From the IMG/VR virus record IMGVR_UViG_3300023179_000027, positions 32,001 through 96,000 of that record: a stretch of 64,000 nucleotides of DNA; one strand, given 5' to 3'. Shown piece after piece: positions 36,789 to 46,739 of the stretch; the first letter of the stretch is position 1, and each line of letters begins with the position of its first letter. The stretch is from a virus (lineage: Duplodnaviria > Caudoviricetes). Position numbers and translations under genes: made by a program. The notes below the pieces were generated by a model that saw only the letters and a list, made by a program, of their open reading frames with translations, was not told the DNA's origin and did no database searches.

Positions 36789-37985
36789 ATGTCAGAAATT
36801 AAATTACAACATTGTTCATTTTGCGGTAACCATAAAGATATTGTTAAAAAATTAATTGTAGGGGATGACGTGGCAATTTGCAGTGATTGTATTGTCCTTT
36901 GTAATGAATTAATGAATGAAGACTTAAAGGACGATTTATCTGTAGTTGAGAACAAATCCTTTAATCCTATTGAAATAAAAGAGTATTTAGACAGTTATGT
37001 TGTAGGGCAAGATGAAGCAAAAAAAGTTTTATCCGTTGCTATTTGTAATCATTACAAAAGAATAAATTCAACAGCAAAGGAGTTAGAAATTCAAAAAAGT
37101 AATGTTTTACTTATTGGTCCAACTGGCAATGGTAAAACTTTATTAGCAAAGACAATTGCCAAATATTTAAATGTTCCTTTTGTAGTAGCTGATGCGACTA
37201 GTTTAACAGAGGCTGGTTATGTTGGCGATGATGTAGAATCAATGATATCCATGTTGCTAAATGCAGCAAATGGAGATAAAGCTTTGGCTGAAAAGGGTAT
37301 TATTTTTATTGATGAAATTGATAAAATTGCAAGAAAAAGTGAGAATGTTAGCATAACAAGAGATGTTTCAGGTGAAGGAGTACAGCAAGCATTATTAAAA
37401 ATTGTTGAAGGAACTAAGTGTAGAGTCAATCCTTCAGGTAACAGAAAGCATCCTAATACCGAAATACTAGAAATTAATACAACCAATATTTTATTTATTG
37501 CAGGCGGTGCTTTTGTTGGACTTAAAGACATTGTTAGTAATAGGTTAACAGGGTCAGCAATAGGGTTTGGTGCAGAAGTAAAAACAAAAAATGATAGTAA
37601 AATATTAAATAAAATTACACCAGATGATTTAACTAGGTATGGAATGATACCAGAATTTATAGGACGGTTTACTACTACAATTAATTTAAACGAACTTACA
37701 AAGGATGATTTAATTAAAATTTTGACTAAAGTTAAAAATAATTATATAGACCAATATAAATATTTGTTTAAGATTGATGGTATAAATTTACATTTTACCG
37801 ATGATGCAATTACGTTGATTGCCGAAAATTGTTTAAAATTGAAAACAGGAGCCAGAGGCTTACAAAGCGAGATAGAAAGAATTTTGATGCCACATATGTA
37901 TAATATTTTTGTATATGTTAAAAAAAATGTAAAAAACATAAATATTAATCAGGAGCAGGTACTTGAACCAAAATTAGTAACATGA
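36789..37985 (+). CDS. clpX: Clp protease ATP-binding subunit ClpX
   Basis: CSFC/CSDC zinc finger, GPTGNGKT, DEIDK, RDVSGEGVQQALL, RKH and IGF loops. Confidence 0.97.
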   Translation: MSEIKLQHCSFCGNHKDIVKKLIVGDDVAICSDCIVLCNELMNEDLKDDLSVVENKSFNPIEIKEYLDSYVVGQDEAKKVLSVAICNHYKRINSTAKELEIQKSNVLLIGPTGNGKTLLAKTIAKYLNVPFVVADATSLTEAGYVGDDVESMISMLLNAANGDKALAEKGIIFIDEIDKIARKSENVSITRDVSGEGVQQALLKIVEGTKCRVNPSGNRKHPNTEILEINTTNILFIAGGAFVGLKDIVSNRLTGSAIGFGAEVKTKNDSKILNKITPDDLTRYGMIPEFIGRFTTTINLNELTKDDLIKILTKVKNNYIDQYKYLFKIDGINLHFTDDAITLIAENCLKLKTGARGLQSEIERILMPHMYNIFVYVKKNVKNININQEQVLEPKLVT

Positions 37986-38203
37986 TTTTAAAAGGTAAGA
38001 AAGTTGTAGTACAAGAGAATAATCTTGATAAAGCATTACGAAAATTTAAAAAGAAAATAATGGAAGATGGGTTATTGTTAGAACTACAAAATAAGCAACA
38101 TTTTGTTAAGCCGAGTATTCGTAAAAAATTGTCAAAGGCATATGCAATTAAACGTTGGAAAAAATATTTAAATTCACAAAAGCTGTTTAAAAAATTATAT
38201 TAA
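37982..38203 (+). CDS. rpsU: 30S ribosomal protein S21
   Basis: V...NLDKALRKFKKK...G...E.....F.KPS..K. Confidence 0.85.
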   Translation: MILKGKKVVVQENNLDKALRKFKKKIMEDGLLLELQNKQHFVKPSIRKKLSKAYAIKRWKKYLNSQKLFKKLY

Positions 38204-38406
38204 TGTTTTATTTTATTAGCATAATCATATTTATTTTTGGTTTAAGTTTTTATATTTTTGGTAACCAAACTATTTCTAAAGATGTAAAAACTAGTTGGTC
38301 ACCAAAGGATATTGAAACATTACAAGACCAATATGCCAATTTTAAATCTGTTGGACAACTATTTCTATTAATTTTTTCATTTATATTAATTTATAATATT
38401 ACCTAA
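38203..38406 (+). CDS. Small membrane protein
   Basis: Two hydrophobic segments. Confidence 0.4.
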   Translation: MFYFISIIIFIFGLSFYIFGNQTISKDVKTSWSPKDIETLQDQYANFKSVGQLFLLIFSFILIYNIT

Positions 38407-38446
38407 ATAGTAGATTTTTTTGCACAATTTTACTATAATAAATACA

Positions 38447-38510
38447 AATGTAAACGCCGAGGTCGGGTTTACATTCAAATGTCATCTTGCTTAAAAAGGA
38501 GAAAAATATG
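38447..38510 (+). promoter_or_regulatory. ROSE-like RNA thermometer in the hsp20 5' UTR
   Basis: Hairpin 38447-38475; TCTTGCT(38485-38491) pairs with AGGAGA(38497-38502) with bulged G. Confidence 0.75.
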
Positions 38511-38951
38511 ACAAATCTAACTTTACGTTCCCTCGACATTCCTTCAATTCACAAATTTGGTATCGGTTTCGATAGAATTTTTGATGAACTAATGACAAAC
38601 ACCACCAATCAATCACAAACAAATTATCCTCCATATAATATTGTTAAACATGACGAAGATAGTTTTAGTATTGAATTGGCTGTAGCTGGCTTTAAAGAAG
38701 GAGAAATAGAGGTTGAAGTAGAAAAAAATCAATTATTTGTAAAAGGCGAAAAAACAATTAATCTGGATGTAAAAAAAGAGTTTTTACATCGTGGTATAAG
38801 TGCTAGGTCTTTTACACGCAGTTGGATATTGGGTGAACATGTAATAGTAAAAAATGCCAATATTGAAGATGGTATTTTAATAATTAATTTAGAACGTGTT
38901 GTCCCTGAAGAAAGCAGACCCAAGAAAATTGCTATTTCTTATAATAAATAG
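38508..38951 (+). CDS. Small heat-shock protein (Hsp20/IbpA-like)
   Basis: IGFDRIF, NYPPYNI, ELAVAGF, FLHRGIS.RSF, DGIL.I.L, PKKIAI. Confidence 0.95.
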   Translation: MTNLTLRSLDIPSIHKFGIGFDRIFDELMTNTTNQSQTNYPPYNIVKHDEDSFSIELAVAGFKEGEIEVEVEKNQLFVKGEKTINLDVKKEFLHRGISARSFTRSWILGEHVIVKNANIEDGILIINLERVVPEESRPKKIAISYNK

Positions 38952-38958
38952 TAAAATT

Positions 38959-38982
38959 AGTGAGCAGTTCGCTGCTCACTTT
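38959..38982 (+). terminator. Hairpin between hsp20 and clpS
   Basis: AGTGAGCAG-TTCG-CTGCTCACT with a short T run. Confidence 0.55.
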
Positions 38983-39000
38983 CACTTAAGGTAAAACAAC

Positions 39001-39306
39001 ATGTCCAATGCTGATACTAAAACAAAAATTAAACCAAATCTCAAATTAAAAGAACCTCCTCTTTATAAAATTATTTACGTAAATGATGATCACACTAGTA
39101 TGGAATTCGTGATAGATTCATTAGTTCAATATTTTAATTATAATAATGACACTGCTAAAACAATAACTTTGGACATACATGATAAAGGTAGTGCTGTTGT
39201 GGCTGTATTGCCATATGAAATTGCCGAACAAAAAGGTATTGAAATAACACTTGAAGCTAGGGCCAGAGGATATCCATTACAAATTAAAGTTGAAGCAGAA
39301 AGTTAG
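39001..39306 (+). CDS. clpS: Clp protease adaptor ClpS
   Basis: PPLYKIIYVNDDHTSMEFV, IH.KG.A.V, E.AEQK, YPL. Confidence 0.92.
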   Translation: MSNADTKTKIKPNLKLKEPPLYKIIYVNDDHTSMEFVIDSLVQYFNYNNDTAKTITLDIHDKGSAVVAVLPYEIAEQKGIEITLEARARGYPLQIKVEAES

Positions 39307-39995
39307 TCAGTTATTGATATTCTTTTAGGATAATAAGGATCCCTATTTAAATAGGGATTATTATAATAACTTATAGTTTCTATTTTAGTATCTATTAGTT
39401 TATCATGATTTCCAAATACCCAGTATTTAACCTTTCCTTCAGTGTCACCGCTTAAAGCTGACACTAAAGGTAATTGATGGTAAACTATATCTGGTTCTTC
39501 TTTATAATATAATTCTCTATTTGGTACGCTATTTGTTACAATTATTATGGTTTTTACATCAATATGTTTTTGAAGTTTTTGTATAGTAGAATGTAGGTAC
39601 AATAAATCATTGTATCCTGCTTCTAAAACCTCTTTGTCATTCAACTCCAAAGGAACATTGCCTGCCCATCCTGTTACACCAACTATAGCAATTTTATCTA
39701 TAACAATTACATTATGATGTAATAATACAACATTGTTTAATTTTTGTAAACTAGCATTTAATAATTCATTGTAATCACTTATACTTGTTTTATTAATAAA
39801 TTCTAACGGTCCAGGTACATAAAAAACACCATGATAATTAGTCGAAAACTCATTTAAAACATGTAAGGTAGTTTTACTATTTTTACTTACATTGCCTGCT
39901 ATTAAACAATACAAACTAGTTGCTTTACCTTGCCAGTTAAAATTTTCAACAGTGTCAAAGTTAAAGTCACTTATTAAATCAAACCCTATTTCCAT
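39303..39995 (-). CDS. Degenerate metallophosphoesterase-like protein
   Basis: LISD, IAGN, VPG, WVFG, NNP; several metal ligands altered. Confidence 0.55.
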   Translation of the reverse strand: MEIGFDLISDFNFDTVENFNWQGKATSLYCLIAGNVSKNSKTTLHVLNEFSTNYHGVFYVPGPLEFINKTSISDYNELLNASLQKLNNVVLLHHNVIVIDKIAIVGVTGWAGNVPLELNDKEVLEAGYNDLLYLHSTIQKLQKHIDVKTIIIVTNSVPNRELYYKEEPDIVYHQLPLVSALSGDTEGKVKYWVFGNHDKLIDTKIETISYYNNPYLNRDPYYPKRISITD

Positions 39996-40324
39996 TACTT
40001 TATTACAGTCATTTTTGGTTTTCTAGGTGTAGAAGGAGCTTTAGTTGCAGGTTTTTTAGTTGCTGCTTTTTTCACAGTTTCTTTTGCTTTTTTCACAGTT
40101 TCTTTTGCTTTTTTCGCAACTGTTTTAACATCTTCTACATTAACCTTACCGTCATTGTTTACGTCTGCTGCTTCTTTAACAACTTCTTCAACTTTTTCAA
40201 CGATAGGTTTTATATCTTCTTTGTCTATTTTTCCATCTTTATTAGCATCGAATGTTTTATTTTTCCAAATAAAATATGCTGCTGCAATAGCAGCAATGAT
40301 ACCAATAGCAAATAATAACTCCAT
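39995..40324 (-). CDS. Membrane-anchored protein with two EF-hand/dockerin-like loops and Lys/Ala tail
   Basis: N-terminal TM; DANKDGKIDKED, DVNNDGKVNVED; KKAKETV repeats. Confidence 0.6.
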   Translation of the reverse strand: MELLFAIGIIAAIAAAYFIWKNKTFDANKDGKIDKEDIKPIVEKVEEVVKEAADVNNDGKVNVEDVKTVAKKAKETVKKAKETVKKAATKKPATKAPSTPRKPKMTVIK

Positions 40325-40372
40325 GTCAATCTCCTAAATAAATATTTATATAATAATTGCTAAATATAAATT

Positions 40373-41911
40373 ATGCGTGATTTAATTGATATTATTACTA
40401 CTTTATCAGAGGGAGTAACTCTAGCTGCTAGTGAATTTAAGAAAAGACCTAATCGTTATGATACTTTTATTAAAAAAATAGCCAGCGGTGGTAAATTCAC
40501 CACAGTAGATAACCAAGAAGTCATCTTAGATCCAAATGAAGCAGAAAAATATTCACAACTATGGGATCCAAAAACACAAGAATTTACTGATAGTAAAATT
40601 GCACAATTTGCAAAATTAGCTCCTGGGGAAAATTATAAAGGTAAAAATATTATACCAATAAGTAATTTACTTAAAACCACTGAGTTTGGTGGTGCAAGTG
40701 TAGGAGCTGGAGTTGGTCCTACAGCTGGAGGAAAAGCAAGCTATGGTCTCACACCCAAAGCTATTGGAATTGTAGACAGAGATATTCCTACCACTGATTT
40801 ATACGATATTATAATAAACAATCCTGTTCTTAATAGTACGGAACATGGACAAATCGTTATTCAACTTGCTAACTATATTGTATCAGGAGAATCAGTAACA
40901 GTGCCTCCTGAAGTTACTAAAAATAAACAATTGTTAGCCGCAATACAAGATAATGCAGGTGAATATTTAGGTGTGCTAGCATTGATTTATTATAGATCAA
41001 GATTTCCTGCTAGAGCAAGTTTTGAAGAATGGCTGGGTGGTAGTACAGATGATCTAACCTTAAGATTTCCTTCTGCTAGTAATTTTGCATTGGCTGATAG
41101 TTTTGCTACAATTAAAAATCCAAAAACAAATCATAGCGTAAACATTTCAAGCAAAGGAAAAGATGGAGGTGCTGCTCCAGCTATATCAGGACTTAAAATT
41201 CCACCACACATTGCTAGTAATCCTAAACTTAAAACAGGCGTAGATTTTGTAAATCTTTGTAAAACTAAAGGTACGCTAGAACAAGCATTTGATGGTATTG
41301 ATTTATTGTACAAAGCGAATTCAAAATCTATTAGTGAAGTATGGCATCAATTCTTACCATTTAGTAAAAACTTAACCCTTAAACAAGAAATTTTATCAAG
41401 CATAAAAGGCAAGGATGTACAATTTGGAGAAGAATTAAGACCAATTCTTAATAGTGTAGCTAGTAAAGAAGCAACCGACGGAGGAAAAATTGTATATGCC
41501 ATAAAAAGAGAAGTTGCTGATGCCATTAATAAAAAAGATGCCTTACCTGAATTTAGATCGATGGTATTAGAAATTTTAGAAATGAATTTCATACAACAAT
41601 ATACTGATTTTGGCAAAAAACATAAAAATGAATTTACTTTTGATACACAATGGCCTGCTAAACTTGACGGTAATGTAAGTTTAGAAAATAAATCTAGTGC
41701 TAAGGAACCAACAACTGGAGGGTTTAGTTTTAAACTAGGTAGAGTTGATGATTCTGTCAGCGCAGAACCAGGTGAGGATCCTGTGGATGGTGTTGATACA
41801 GAAACGGATTTTATGGCAAAAGCAGCACAATTAGCAGGAACTAGGTCACTAAATTCCCCAAAACCAAAATCTAAACAAGAAGTTGGAAATGTAGGGCGCA
41901 AAAAGCGTTGA
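40373..41911 (+). CDS. Large hypothetical late protein
   Basis: TAAATA 6 nt before ATG; MRDLIDIITTLSE N-terminus. Confidence 0.6.
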   Translation: MRDLIDIITTLSEGVTLAASEFKKRPNRYDTFIKKIASGGKFTTVDNQEVILDPNEAEKYSQLWDPKTQEFTDSKIAQFAKLAPGENYKGKNIIPISNLLKTTEFGGASVGAGVGPTAGGKASYGLTPKAIGIVDRDIPTTDLYDIIINNPVLNSTEHGQIVIQLANYIVSGESVTVPPEVTKNKQLLAAIQDNAGEYLGVLALIYYRSRFPARASFEEWLGGSTDDLTLRFPSASNFALADSFATIKNPKTNHSVNISSKGKDGGAAPAISGLKIPPHIASNPKLKTGVDFVNLCKTKGTLEQAFDGIDLLYKANSKSISEVWHQFLPFSKNLTLKQEILSSIKGKDVQFGEELRPILNSVASKEATDGGKIVYAIKREVADAINKKDALPEFRSMVLEILEMNFIQQYTDFGKKHKNEFTFDTQWPAKLDGNVSLENKSSAKEPTTGGFSFKLGRVDDSVSAEPGEDPVDGVDTETDFMAKAAQLAGTRSLNSPKPKSKQEVGNVGRKKR

Positions 41912-41958
41912 CATATTAAAAATTTCCTGTATAATAGTTCTATTTTACAAGGAAATAT

Positions 41959-42546
41959 ATGAGCTTAATTCCAATTGTCTTAGAGCAAACCAGTCGCGGT
42001 GAGCGTAGTTATGATATATACAGTAGATTATTACGTGATCGTGTAATTTTGTTAGAAGGTGAAGTTCACGATCAAATGGCAAATCTTATTGTTGCCCAAC
42101 TCCTGTTCCTAGAGAGCGAAGACAGTAGCAAGGATATTCAATTATATGTAAATAGTCCAGGTGGTAGTGTTACAGCAGGATTAGCTATATATGATACAAT
42201 GCAATTTATTAAGCCTGATGTTAGTACTATCGTAATGGGACAAGCCTGTAGCATGGGAAGTTTATTAGCACAGGCAGGAGCCCAAGGTAAAAGATATATT
42301 TTACCCAATGCTAGACATATGATTCACCAACCAAGTGGAGGTGCCAGAGGTCAGGCTACAGATATGATGATTCAAGTACAAGAAATATTAGAAATGAAAA
42401 AAAATTTAACTAGAATTTATGAAAAACATAATACAATAGGAAAATCGTATGATGAGTTATTGACAGATATGGAACGTGATAATTTTATGAGTGCCACACA
42501 ATCTGTTAATTATGGACTAGCAGATAAAGTTATAGAAAATCGTTAA
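41959..42546 (+). CDS. clpP: Clp protease proteolytic subunit
   Basis: [29 protein letters not shown]. Confidence 0.97.
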   Translation: MSLIPIVLEQTSRGERSYDIYSRLLRDRVILLEGEVHDQMANLIVAQLLFLESEDSSKDIQLYVNSPGGSVTAGLAIYDTMQFIKPDVSTIVMGQACSMGSLLAQAGAQGKRYILPNARHMIHQPSGGARGQATDMMIQVQEILEMKKNLTRIYEKHNTIGKSYDELLTDMERDNFMSATQSVNYGLADKVIENR

Positions 42547-42547
42547 A

Positions 42548-43342
42548 ATGCCCGTTAAAATATCCTATCAAGAATTTAGTGATTCATGTTCTCAACGTGG
42601 ATACGAACCACGTAAACATGAAAATCATTGGTTTCTAATAACTAATAATGGAATCAAGTGTGAGCTAAAAACTAATCATTATACAGTGGCATGGCGTGCT
42701 AAACCAGAACATGTAGCCGAAATTCGTAAACGTATAATTGAGGCAGGATTTACAGAAAAATTAGGTAAGAGAACTAACCAGCGCAAAGATGATATTGATT
42801 TTATCAATATATTTTTTGAAGAAACTAGTGATTTATTAGATAACTTTTGGGTTATAGTTAATATCATTGAATCAATAGAATCTATTGTTAAAAAAATTCG
42901 TGGGATAGCGATTAAACCTATAGCCCGTGAAATTAGTGAAAGAAATATTTTTGAAAAAATAGCAAAAAGATTTAGATACTTCATCAATAATGAAGATGGG
43001 TTTGGTTTAGAAAATACTAGGGCTTTGTTAGAAGGTGATAGTATTGACCACTTAATTACAATAGGGGAATCCGTAAATCGCACAAAGGATAATACCTATA
43101 GGGAACATGTAGTACCTTGTATTTTAATTTATAATCAGGCTATTGCTATGACATTAGAGAATAAATCTATCACCGAAATCGCTCAGATGATAAAAAGTAA
43201 TTTAGCCATAGTCCTTATTACTAATCAAGAGGCAGACAAAATAGACAATGAGTTAGACCTTCAAACCTCGATGCCTGAAGGTTGGGAGTTCGGACATGAT
43301 GTTTTTGCTAGAATTGTTGCAGCAGGTATACAACTTAAATAG
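42548..43342 (+). CDS. Hypothetical protein with HNH-like REHVVP motif
   Basis: ORF; motif match weak. Confidence 0.5.
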   Translation: MPVKISYQEFSDSCSQRGYEPRKHENHWFLITNNGIKCELKTNHYTVAWRAKPEHVAEIRKRIIEAGFTEKLGKRTNQRKDDIDFINIFFEETSDLLDNFWVIVNIIESIESIVKKIRGIAIKPIAREISERNIFEKIAKRFRYFINNEDGFGLENTRALLEGDSIDHLITIGESVNRTKDNTYREHVVPCILIYNQAIAMTLENKSITEIAQMIKSNLAIVLITNQEADKIDNELDLQTSMPEGWEFGHDVFARIVAAGIQLK

Positions 43343-43381
43343 GTTGACAATAAATACCTGTCCTGCTATACTATGGGTATT

Positions 43382-43534
43382 ATGAAAATCAATCTTACAC
43401 ACAAAGACAAGCGCCCTAATGTAAGGGCACACTTCATGCTTTTTGCTGAGGATAGCCCGTTTAAGCCAAAATCAGTAAAACGTAAAGACACCTACAAACG
43501 TAAACCTAAACATAAAAACAAGGATGTTGAATGA
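43382..43534 (+). CDS. ArfA-like small basic protein (50 aa)
   Basis: Not in ORF track; ...LFAEDSPFKPKSVKRKDTYKRKPKHKNKDVE; TTGACA(43344)-17-TATACT promoter. Confidence 0.6.
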   Translation: MKINLTHKDKRPNVRAHFMLFAEDSPFKPKSVKRKDTYKRKPKHKNKDVE

Positions 43535-43812
43535 TAGGCGAATACAATCGTAGCCTTAAATGTAAAGATTGCATTCATAGTAAGGCAGACTTTATAAGTA
43601 GGGTTTTTAATTTTAGTGCAGGATTTCGTTGTACTATTCCTGAAGCAGTAAAATCTGAAACCTATGATCCTGTAACAGGTAAAATTACTCCTGGTTATTT
43701 GAGTTTTTGCAGTACTATGAGAATTGAAAAAGCTTGTGGTCCACAAGCTAAAGCTTGGTCTCCTAGAAGTAAAAAACATCTATTTTTGTTGTTTCAAAAG
43801 GAAAGTGTGTGA
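43531..43812 (+). CDS. Cys-containing hypothetical protein
   Basis: CKDC..C..C..CG pattern; ATGA overlap. Confidence 0.5.
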   Translation: MIGEYNRSLKCKDCIHSKADFISRVFNFSAGFRCTIPEAVKSETYDPVTGKITPGYLSFCSTMRIEKACGPQAKAWSPRSKKHLFLLFQKESV

Positions 43813-44052
43813 TTACCATAGTAACTAATAGTTTGGGATCTGGGGATTACATTGTAATAAAAAAGGGTGAAGAAGTTTTATTCGAGGGCCATCGTCTTAT
43901 GCCAAGCGATCTTGCATATATGCTCCAACGTCACTTTAATACAGGTGTGAAATATATGGAAGTCACTGATGAAGAAATGTAAGAATTTTGCTAGGTTGAC
44001 AATAAATGGTTAATTTGCTATACTAACGGTACACTGTAAATAAGGAATTGTA

Positions 44053-44855
44053 ATGGCTAAGTTGCTTATTCAGACTCAAGTTCACGAAAACTACGGCGAC
44101 TCTCAACGTCCACATTGGAAAGCAAAAGGTGGTAACTCCTATGTAGTAAAAAACTTTACGGCATTCAATTCTGTTCCTTCTTACATTATGGTTATCAGGG
44201 ATAAAATTGAGTGTGATGACGATTACCTTCGTGAACATATTATTGATTGGGAAGTAGTTGCTGATGACTACCTGACTCAGGACGAGCGACTCCAATTAAA
44301 ATATGAGGGTCGTATTCTTTACCCTGCTACAGAAGTTACCTACGGCGGGTAATGTATGTCACTAATTTTTTCTCCTGAACAGGATCAATATTTGCAATTG
44401 GCACAAACATGTGCCTATTACAAAGGAATGCGTGAGGGTATTACACTTTATGCACATTATAAAGATGGTGTGCAATATGTAGGAACGACAGGTCGTACAC
44501 TAAAGGATGCTTTATCAGAAATAGACAAACAAGAGTGTGATTTGGTTAAACGTTATGGGAGTATGGTATGATTCTTGAATCAACAAAAATTATCCGCAAA
44601 TTAGCAGGTCCTGATTTGGTCATTTTTAATGATAGATTGGTAGATAGTACTCGCAGTTACAAGGTTTGGGGTTGGAAGGATAGTGATTATGAGAATGCAG
44701 TTTTAGCATTGAAAGATGCTGGATTCGATGCTGAATTGATTACTTACAACGGCTATAGTGCTAGGAGCAATAGGTACTACATTCAACCTAGAATTTATGT
44801 AGGACCTGCTACCCGAAATCTATTCAGGTTAACCTCTAACAGATTTAACAGATAA
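44053..44855 (+). CDS. Three small early ORFs (44053-44352, 44356-44571, 44568-44855)
   Basis: Behind TTGACA(43996)-17-TATACT. Confidence 0.55.
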
Positions 44856-44923
44856 GCAGGCTTGACAATAAATGGGCTTGGGTGTACAATAGCTTTATTG
44901 ACAGTTAAGTGATGGAGTGATAA

Positions 44924-45349
44924 ATGGCAACTCGCAGTACGATTGCAGTAGAAAATTTAGATGGTTCTGTAAGTGTAGTTTATTGTCATTTTGACGGATA
45001 CTTAAGTAACAACGGTCGTATCCTACAGGAACACTACACCGATAGGTCTAAGGTATCTTGTCTTATGCAATTTGGTGATCTTAGTTCATTAGGTAAAAAT
45101 ATAGGAAATTCAGATGGTACGTACAGGACAAAAGATGACTGTGTTTTCTACGGTCGTGACGGTCAAGAGTTCGACACCGAATGTAGAATATACGAATCCT
45201 TCGACGATTATCTCAACGGGGCAGAAAGCCAAGAGTATAATTACATCCTCAGGAAAGTCAATGGGTTGGATATCTGGTTCGTCCAATTCCACGAGACTGA
45301 AGAAAAGTTCTTGGCTTTAACTGAAGCATTAGCAAAGGAAACTGTATAA
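44924..45349 (+). CDS. Early phage protein (YCHxDGY motif)
   Basis: Behind promoter cassette at 44862; GGAG RBS. Confidence 0.65.
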   Translation: MATRSTIAVENLDGSVSVVYCHFDGYLSNNGRILQEHYTDRSKVSCLMQFGDLSSLGKNIGNSDGTYRTKDDCVFYGRDGQEFDTECRIYESFDDYLNGAESQEYNYILRKVNGLDIWFVQFHETEEKFLALTEALAKETV

Positions 45350-45714
45350 TGAAATACTTTCAGGAAGTAACCGAATGGGACGTTCCTAATCATATCTACT
45401 ACCTGAAAGATGACAAATCCTTTTTGGTAGGCTATATTAAAGAGGGTACTAAAAATCTTGTTAAGTTTAAAAAGCCTATTCAATTTGATGTACGTGGTCG
45501 TAAATTTGTAGAAGTAAAACGTAAGACAGAAGCCGACATTATTTACTTTCCAAAGACTGAAGTTAAACCTCTTGTAAGTAAAGAAACCATTACTGTGGAA
45601 GGTAGCAAGGGACAAAAATATACATTAGAAAAAATAGCTGGTCGGTATGTATGTAGTTGTCCTGGGTATCAATTTCGCCGTACGTGCAAACATAGTCAGG
45701 AATATAACAAATGA
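45349..45714 (+). CDS. SWIM zinc-finger protein
   Basis: CSCPGYQFRRTCKH. Confidence 0.75.
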   Translation: MKYFQEVTEWDVPNHIYYLKDDKSFLVGYIKEGTKNLVKFKKPIQFDVRGRKFVEVKRKTEADIIYFPKTEVKPLVSKETITVEGSKGQKYTLEKIAGRYVCSCPGYQFRRTCKHSQEYNK

Positions 45715-45911
45715 ATATATTATTACATGGTATTGCAACAATAATTATGTGGAATATATCCACCGCAGAAACAAAAAATGGGAATAAGTTAGGTGCATTT
45801 ATTGCATTATGTTTTAGTGCCGCAAATGGTGCAGTTATATTTCTAGAATTGGCCAAAGGTTGACAATAAATCCTTAGTTTGCTATAATAGCATTTTACTT
45901 GTGAGGTTTCT

Positions 45912-46301
45912 ATGACTATGCATCTTGCTCATCCCGCACTTTCAACGACAGGCAAACGCAAAGGTAAGGTCAAGTTTGCTTCAAGTGATGCTAAACGTAA
46001 AGCAGAGGAACTCAAGTTAGAATGGGAACGTAAGCAAGCAGAGTGGGCTAACATGAGTAAGCCTGTCCTTCAATCACGGCCGCTTACCCGTCCGTTCCCC
46101 AAACTTGGACCTCCACCTGGGCGTGAGACTAAACACTTTCCCAGTTTAGACACAGGTGTAAAGGGTGCTGTTAACATCCGTGCTATTCCTACTTACACTG
46201 GGGATAAAATTATTGGCATTGGCACTATGCACAAGTCTAACGCTGTGCCCATTTTCAGCAGTCAAGAGGCTGAGGATATCAGTAAAATGCGTAGAGGATA
46301 G
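45912..46301 (+). CDS. Basic phage protein (GIGTMHKSNAVP motif)
   Basis: Behind TTGACA(45860)-17-TATAAT; GAGG RBS. Confidence 0.65.
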   Translation: MTMHLAHPALSTTGKRKGKVKFASSDAKRKAEELKLEWERKQAEWANMSKPVLQSRPLTRPFPKLGPPPGRETKHFPSLDTGVKGAVNIRAIPTYTGDKIIGIGTMHKSNAVPIFSSQEAEDISKMRRG

Positions 46302-46325
46302 TAAATACAAGAAAGGAATATTATT

Positions 46326-46736
46326 ATGAAAAAACTAATTGCACTATTATTTGCTACTATTGCTAGTGTGTCAAATGCTCAAGGTTACATGGACCAGTCT
46401 GTACAGGTCGTAAGTGTCCAACCCAAATACATGACTACTTATCAGAAACATTGTACTCAAACAATGCTTACGCCAAGTGATAATAGCGGCGTGGGTACGG
46501 TATTAGGTGGTATTGCAGGTGGTATAATTGGTAACCAAGTTGGACGAGGTGATGGCAATACAGCCGCTACAGTAGCAGGAGCAGTCATTGGTGGTATGGT
46601 TGGTAATCGAATTGGACAAGATCAAGTAAATCAAAATGTTGCTACACAATGTACTAATGTACCAGTTCAACGACAAATTGGAGAGGTTGTTACTGTAAGT
46701 TACAAAGGACGCTTGTATTCATTTGAATCAAGATAA
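46326..46736 (+). CDS. Glycine-zipper 2TM exported protein
   Basis: Signal peptide; GGIAGGIIGNQVGRGDG...GAVIGGMVG. Confidence 0.8.
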   Translation: MKKLIALLFATIASVSNAQGYMDQSVQVVSVQPKYMTTYQKHCTQTMLTPSDNSGVGTVLGGIAGGIIGNQVGRGDGNTAATVAGAVIGGMVGNRIGQDQVNQNVATQCTNVPVQRQIGEVVTVSYKGRLYSFESR

Positions 46737-46739
46737 TGA

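Noticed and set aside
41347-41901. 184-aa minus-strand ORF and similar long antisense ORFs (34007-34381, 35269-35628, 55068-55673)
   Set aside because: Fully antisense to well-supported genes and lacking recognisable motifs
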